Shown here in pieces: positions 59,201 through 64,000 of a stretch of DNA of 64,000 nucleotides. Each line of letters begins with the position of its first letter. Position 1 is the stretch's first letter. The stretch is from a virus. Location of the stretch: positions 1 through 64,000 of the IMG/VR virus record IMGVR_UViG_3300034102_002265. One strand, written 5' to 3'. Under the pieces are notes generated by a model. It was not told the DNA's origin and ran no database searches. It worked only from the letters and a program-made list of their open reading frames with translations. A program made the position numbers and the translations under genes.

Positions 59201-62200
59201 TGGTGGACGCAATACTAATAACGGGAGGATTTCTATATCCAGATCCAGATCCAGTAACAATTACACTACTAATAGTACCAGCGGTAGAAACTATTACGGT
59301 AGCAGCTGCTCCAATTCTAGGAGCATACCCATAACTAGTCGATATTGATACTTTTGATATTTTTCCAGAATTTGGAGTTCCCGATAAGAATTTAATTACG
59401 TTTGTTCCAACTCCATCAACTGTATAATCACTTGTTGGATTTTGAAATACGTTGTTAATAGTTACTATAGGATTATTATTAATATTGGTAGAACTATTCA
59501 CGTTGTTAAAAATAGTATTCGTAGTTTGTCCATCAGATTTTAAAGTGAATTCTGTTGCTGCAATACCAGTAAAAGATAATGAGATATCATCAAACAGAAT
59601 ATTTCTATCTTGTGAGATATTGGGATCAAACTTTCTACTAAAAACTCTACCACCAAATGCGGATCCTGTTTCCAACCCTACTGGTCCAATTTTTCCATTT
59701 GGAGATTGGTCAAAATATATTACATCTCCAACAATATTAAAATCACCCACTAATACTGTTCCACTAGCGCCTACAGTGTGTGCTAATGCAACTGTCCCAA
59801 AATAACCACGTACAACTTCTATTTGATTCGTAGAGGTTATGCCGATAGTTTTAATGGAAACATATTCACCATCAATATCAATAACATCACCAGTAGATAA
59901 AGATGAAATTCCCGAAGAAATACTTATTATTGTTGTTGAAGCTGAAGAAACACTAGAAGCAAAAGAAACATTCAGTGATTTTCTAGTTACAGCTTTTTGT
60001 ATTATTCCATCTATAGTAATTATTACACTAGAATTTGGTTCTTTATATGAAAGTGAATGTGTTGCTGTGCCTACACCAGTTAAATTTAAAAATACACTTG
60101 TAGATAATCCAGAAAGTTTAAATTCATTGTCATTTAATTTATATACAAAAACTGAAGTTGGTAAAGTTTTTGTACCAAGTTCTAATGGACTAAATGATAA
60201 ATCATCTTTAGATCCTGTTCCACCAATATAAGTTCCTGCTATAGAAATAACTGAATTGGTAGTATAGCCAGACCCACCATTTAAAACTTTTACATATGTA
60301 ATCGCACCAGTCGAATCCCTAGAAACATCAAAAGTTGCTCCACTTAAATCTAATGAAGGAACCGACAAATAACTTGTATTTGCTTCGGATTGTATCACTG
60401 TTGGACCGGTTTTTGAGATAATAAATGTTAGATCATTAGTTGGACTTGTTCCTGCAAAGTACGTTCCGGATATAGAAACCTGTTCCCCAACATTATATCC
60501 ATATCCACCATAAGTAGGAATAATAGAAGTGGATATAGCAACTCCTCCACCATTATAATTAATCAATACATTGAATAAGGCATTTGTTCCAAATCCAGTG
60601 GTATTAAATCCCAAAACTTGAGTATAATTTATAGTCCCAGTTGGACCTGTTGGAACTATTCCAGAAATACTTGTTGTAATTGCAACGTTATATCCATTTT
60701 CTAAAATAGCAGTTCCATCATAATTAAAAATATTCAATAATGTATCAAGATTACCATTAACATAAGAAGTAGTTGCAATTCCAATAGGACTGCCACCAGA
60801 ATATGAATACAATAACTCTTGACCAGACTGAAAATTATGATTAGCAATTATAAATTTATCATTAACTATATCAACGTTACTGCCAGGAAATTCATGTTTG
60901 AATAAAGAAGTTCCTTTATTTTTTAATTTAAAAGTACTCAATCCAACTGTAGATCCACCTTTCGCTAAAGATGGATATATTATATTATTTGGAGCTCCTG
61001 TTGTACCAATTCCAATTATAGTGGTTATTATTCCAACATAATTACCAATTGCAGTCCAAACATCGGCACAACAATTTTCACTATAGGTTAAACTACAATC
61101 AACATCGGGTAGAATTGTAGTATTGGTGTACTGGGATGTAGATATGAAAGCTTTTTGAACTGTGCCGCCACTAGCATAATTGTACGAAATAGTGGATGGT
61201 CCAGGATTTACTCTAAATCTAACCGAATCAATAACTTCTACTTGATAAACAAATTTTTGAGTCGTTAATGGTCCTGTAGTTGATGTTGAATTTGGGAAAA
61301 CTGTAGTGGTTATTCCGCTACCAGAATTAAAAAAGAATGATATATTTTTTAAAACAACATAATTCGTAGTTGTTGTTGATAATCCATGAGCACTTGAAGT
61401 AATTATTGTGGTTATCCCAGTTATATTGTTATAAATTGCTGTAGAAATACTGACAGTATTTCCAAGTTGATATGATGTTTTAACTCCCACATTATTAATA
61501 ATGTATTTGGAAAGATCTATAATGTACTTAAACGATTCTATAGTTTCTGTAGATATTCCAGAAACATAAGTAGTACTTAATCCACTCCAATAATTTAATC
61601 CTTCTTGAACAGATTTATTATTGGACTTATATTTAACATCATTAGATATTGCATCAACAATATTTCCAACACTGTCATAAAATACAGTTTTACTCCAACC
61701 AACATTTGTAGTAATGCCTGAATATTTAGTAGTAACGAATCCAACTACCTCTTCTTGAATAAATGTTTTGTTGCCATCCAATAAATCAGATGCGTCCGCA
61801 AAACGTCCATCTAGTTGTTGTTCAGATGTTCCATCGAATTGAGCACTAATATCATCTATTTCTACAACTTTGTTTGTTTTATTAATTATATAAGAAGTTA
61901 AATCAATACCTTCATCAAGAAAAACATTCTGAATGGATCCATCAGGCAATAACTCTTCCTCATAAACTCTTGCAAAATTTGTTTTAAGATTTATAGGTAC
62001 TGTCTGGTCAATATTGATAAATGTAAAGGAATCTGTTGCTGATAATCTTGGTTTCATGTCTGAAGATTTAGCAATTCCTAAATTAACTTCATTCAAAGTT
62101 GGTTTAGTTAAAATTTCTAAATCTGAAAATTCTTTAAATCCAGAAGGATGAACAATTGACCTTACAGACTCTCTCCACACATTATAAGGAATATTTCCTT

Positions 62201-64000
62201 TAATGGAATATGAAAACTTCTGATAGTAGAAATTATCAGAAATTTTTTGCAAAGAATCATTCAGAATACCGGAAGAAAAATCTATAGAGGATGTTTTATC
62301 TCTAGAAACTCCTAAAGTAGCATATAAATTAAATACATCAAAATATTCTACTGTACCATTAATTTTGGATATTTCTCCAAAAATTTTATCTCCAGTGTTT
62401 ATTTCACCAGAAATATTTTTCAATCTCATTTGATTGAGTTTATTATCCCAACCATTTTCCATGACTGTACCGGAAAATGTTTCTGAGGTTACTTTTTCAT
62501 TTGAAATATAACTTACATCATCCTTTAGAACCATATTAAACTCAGGCATGTTATTTTTATTAATAACAATACCCAAATTAAATTCGTCACTATATGTACC
62601 AAAAGAACCGGTAGAAATTCCCGACATGTTATAAGTTACAGTATTATTACTGGTACTTACGCCAACAACGTCAAAGAAAGAATAATTATATGAAGATGAA
62701 TTGAAATTAGATTGATCGGATGTGGAATCGGTCAGTCTACAATTTTCAATAAAAATTTTGTCTCCGATTTTAAATGGATATACATAATCAGTTCTTCCAA
62801 ATCCGGAAGATATAAAAGGATTAAATGTAGGATTATTTGTTAACTCTAATGTTACTAAATCGCCTGCTATCGAAATTGCATCAATTTCATATCCATTTGA
62901 ATTGTATATTGAAATAATATCCAATGGTGCTGATAGTGAAGTAGAATTTTTGATGATATCTACAGAAGTTACGGATCCTCCAGATATTTTAGCGTTAAGT
63001 TCAATTCCACTAGTATCATTTTTTACTATTAATTTTGGTGAACTATTATATCGTTGACCCCCAGTAACAATTCCAATGTAATCTATAGTTCTTATATCTT
63101 TTATTCCAATAACAGTTGGTACACTAAGAGATGGTGAAAGTGTAGGATCTGTTGGATAATCAAATCCATCTTTGACTCTACTAAAAGTCTCAACTCTTCC
63201 TATATTTGGTGATATAAGTTTTAATACTGCATTTTTACCAGAAACACTTTGTACTCCTCTAATATTAGGTAATTTTTTGTATCCTCTACCTGGGAAATTA
63301 ATTTTTAATTTGGATATTGGTCCTAATGCACTGGTGGAGGTGGTTTTATATGAAAACTCTGTAACACTTTGACTAATAATATTAGTTTCAACAAAAGTTA
63401 ATTTTTTAGTATTAAAGAAAGAGAATGTTTTGTCAGAAGAAACTGATACTTTAAATTTACTATTCAGTTGGTGATTTATTATTGAAATTTTATTATAAGA
63501 TTTTACATCATTATCTGATGATATTTGTTTCTTAGTTTCATCAGATGATCCCCTAGGGAATAAATTATAATAAATTGGGAAAAACTGCGCTGAAAGGTCC
63601 AAAATAACTTTAGAATTGTCACTTCCAGGAACTCCTTGTCTACTTACAAAAAATCCCGCTCTTTCATTAATTTTTTGAATAAAATTAGAATCAAAGTAAA
63701 ACTGTAGGTCTAGATTATTCAAACTACTATCAGATAAATCAAATTCTATTTTTGCAGTTCTTACACACGAAATTTGTGGATTTACAAAATACAATTTGTG
63801 AGTAGTTCCAACACCTCCATCCGAAGAAAAATTAATGAACTTGGATTCATTTATATCACTCCTATACTGACATAATTTTATAAAATTAAAATCAGTTTTT
63901 AAGACATAATAAACACCATAGTTGGTTAGTCCATTTATAGGAGAAGTAGCAATATAAACAACTTTATCACCGGTTTCTATATTACCGTTATATGAAGAAA
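56298..64000 (-). CDS. gp7: Baseplate wedge initiator gp7-like giant protein, 5'-partial
   Basis: The frame is open from 63794 to the window end (checked manually). DNFYYQKFSYSIK...VHPSGF motif, many GSGY repeats and Asp-box repeats; lies upstream of gp8. Confidence 0.85.
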   Translation of the reverse strand, partial: SSYNGNIETGDKVVYIATSPINGLTNYGVYYVLKTDFNFIKLCQYRSDINESKFINFSSDGGVGTTHKLYFVNPQISCVRTAKIEFDLSDSSLNNLDLQFYFDSNFIQKINERAGFFVSRQGVPGSDNSKVILDLSAQFFPIYYNLFPRGSSDETKKQISSDNDVKSYNKISIINHQLNSKFKVSVSSDKTFSFFNTKKLTFVETNIISQSVTEFSYKTTSTSALGPISKLKINFPGRGYKKLPNIRGVQSVSGKNAVLKLISPNIGRVETFSRVKDGFDYPTDPTLSPSLSVPTVIGIKDIRTIDYIGIVTGGQRYNSSPKLIVKNDTSGIELNAKISGGSVTSVDIIKNSTSLSAPLDIISIYNSNGYEIDAISIAGDLVTLELTNNPTFNPFISSGFGRTDYVYPFKIGDKIFIENCRLTDSTSDQSNFNSSSYNYSFFDVVGVSTSNNTVTYNMSGISTGSFGTYSDEFNLGIVINKNNMPEFNMVLKDDVSYISNEKVTSETFSGTVMENGWDNKLNQMRLKNISGEINTGDKIFGEISKINGTVEYFDVFNLYATLGVSRDKTSSIDFSSGILNDSLQKISDNFYYQKFSYSIKGNIPYNVWRESVRSIVHPSGFKEFSDLEILTKPTLNEVNLGIAKSSDMKPRLSATDSFTFINIDQTVPINLKTNFARVYEEELLPDGSIQNVFLDEGIDLTSYIINKTNKVVEIDDISAQFDGTSEQQLDGRFADASDLLDGNKTFIQEEVVGFVTTKYSGITTNVGWSKTVFYDSVGNIVDAISNDVKYKSNNKSVQEGLNYWSGLSTTYVSGISTETIESFKYIIDLSKYIINNVGVKTSYQLGNTVSISTAIYNNITGITTIITSSAHGLSTTTTNYVVLKNISFFFNSGSGITTTVFPNSTSTTGPLTTQKFVYQVEVIDSVRFRVNPGPSTISYNYASGGTVQKAFISTSQYTNTTILPDVDCSLTYSENCCADVWTAIGNYVGIITTIIGIGTTGAPNNIIYPSLAKGGSTVGLSTFKLKNKGTSLFKHEFPGSNVDIVNDKFIIANHNFQSGQELLYSYSGGSPIGIATTSYVNGNLDTLLNIFNYDGTAILENGYNVAITTSISGIVPTGPTGTINYTQVLGFNTTGFGTNALFNVLINYNGGGVAISTSIIPTYGGYGYNVGEQVSISGTYFAGTSPTNDLTFIISKTGPTVIQSEANTSYLSVPSLDLSGATFDVSRDSTGAITYVKVLNGGSGYTTNSVISIAGTYIGGTGSKDDLSFSPLELGTKTLPTSVFVYKLNDNEFKLSGLSTSVFLNLTGVGTATHSLSYKEPNSSVIITIDGIIQKAVTRKSLNVSFASSVSSASTTIISISSGISSLSTGDVIDIDGEYVSIKTIGITSTNQIEVVRGYFGTVALAHTVGASGTVLVGDFNIVGDVIYFDQSPNGKIGPVGLETGSAFGGRVFSRKFDPNISQDRNILFDDISLSFTGIAATEFTLKSDGQTTNTIFNNVNSSTNINNNPIVTINNVFQNPTSDYTVDGVGTNVIKFLSGTPNSGKISKVSISTSYGYAPRIGAAATVIVSTAGTISSVIVTGSGSGYRNPPVISIASTIGFGASVVATVSAAGTISGFTIINAGSGYTTTSRPEVAIGIPTGYSNLSLGYTGGTSGVGQKAKLTVEVGMGSSVITYKFDESGIGYKVGDKLTPIGIVTDPSLSFQPLVLTVEEVETDSFYGFYPGQFVQFDDISEFFNGFTKKFTLTTTLNGVKQVLGLRVPDGTDLDITNNIFIYVNDILQVPNVSYKFSGSRVIFTEPPKAGSKCVILYYRGSSIDVELIDPPKTIKPGDSIIIQENPEDLFDISQFDRVVKKITAADQFETFNYYSVGIITDPTKIRPLTWKKQLNDTVINGSLYSKSRPNLQSSVKPSATIIKKIEPTDTVIYVDNAYPLFSDLDSLPEDIRDVLVLENRSIQESLGQCVVSTSSTISSITINDGGVGYANTQSPKVIVSESLIIRKDPIFNWSGSIGLSTSYDLKSIKYKNKFISVGNNSVYSTSFDGINWQVSTVGFGQSSNFNSLEVVGVGTSNFLLSVGNLGQIIKATDYGNVISPWTQIPLQEDVSIPGFGAVNRVSSGYTGTFNEIAYSSITNTWVTVGAAGSIFVGTGVGTDSFVSRYSETLSDLNSVAFGAEYFVSVGDDGVIRTSNDGNIWEFVSSPVITNLNKVIYVDGKYVAVGDYGVVIRSIDRTSYEIVSNNLGIVNITNIYYNYGFYVIITALGDLYYSFDLSNWIYRSTSQSNFINSLVFVDNLGSDGRYVAIGSGATAIYAEPIYNRAEAISSVTSGVVTSIQIINGGFGYDLNNPPPVIIEPDSYNTELIKSFKVTGDHGVIIGVTTYISGTPGIGTTSPKISFTLKSEQYDNSTLGIGYSSLNIFGVLNSQLSKGDYFVITDSNVETGGDLVGITTLLGGMSNYPNSKIGIAKSFIDGIYIVEDVTTPSVGIVTVTCNFAPMVDNYVKVYTRGLNNTGVGTNNYYGKYSWAKIYDYQNRILGNPKTFEVFNDNGISGISSSPKIIRTRSVISK

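Noticed and set aside
1-64000. tRNA, rRNA or known riboswitch genes
   Set aside because: Intergenic gaps are almost all under 80 bp and none showed a cloverleaf or recognisable motif by eye; an Infernal/tRNAscan search would be needed to exclude them fully

Overview
This window is the core morphogenesis and recombination region of a T4-like myovirus, most likely a cyanophage (inferred from gene content and order). Nearly all genes are on the minus strand. In transcription order (right to left) it holds: a partial gp7 baseplate wedge, gp8, a VrlC/DUF4815-type giant structural protein, small virion proteins, a 1199-aa repeat protein, a 1947-aa tail fibre, a ~9 kb accessory cassette, gp13-16, an internal-protein-like polyprotein, an unannotated NblA-like ORF, gp17-23, gp3, uvsY, uvsW, gp55, gp47, gp46, a peptidase-vWA protein and a partial internal-protein-like ORF. 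The most striking element is the accessory cassette (25935-34832). Two ~10% Cys, Gly-rich fibre paralogues sit directly upstream of a late-promoter-driven operon encoding a GT9 heptosyltransferase-like enzyme, a NodU/TobZ-type carbamoyltransferase, split HldE kinase and nucleotidyltransferase genes, a HAD phosphatase and a cupin, followed by an inverted HldD epimerase. I infer a self-contained NDP-heptose pathway that decorates virion proteins with (carbamoyl-)heptose. Other points: a pervasive G-[IVLF]-[GSAT]-[TS] motif in exposed virion proteins, protease-cleavable modular internal proteins, a bidirectional sigma70 promoter at gp55, and an attenuator-like leader. I saw no tRNA, rRNA, CRISPR array or mobile element. 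All assignments come from motif recognition by eye, with no database searches.
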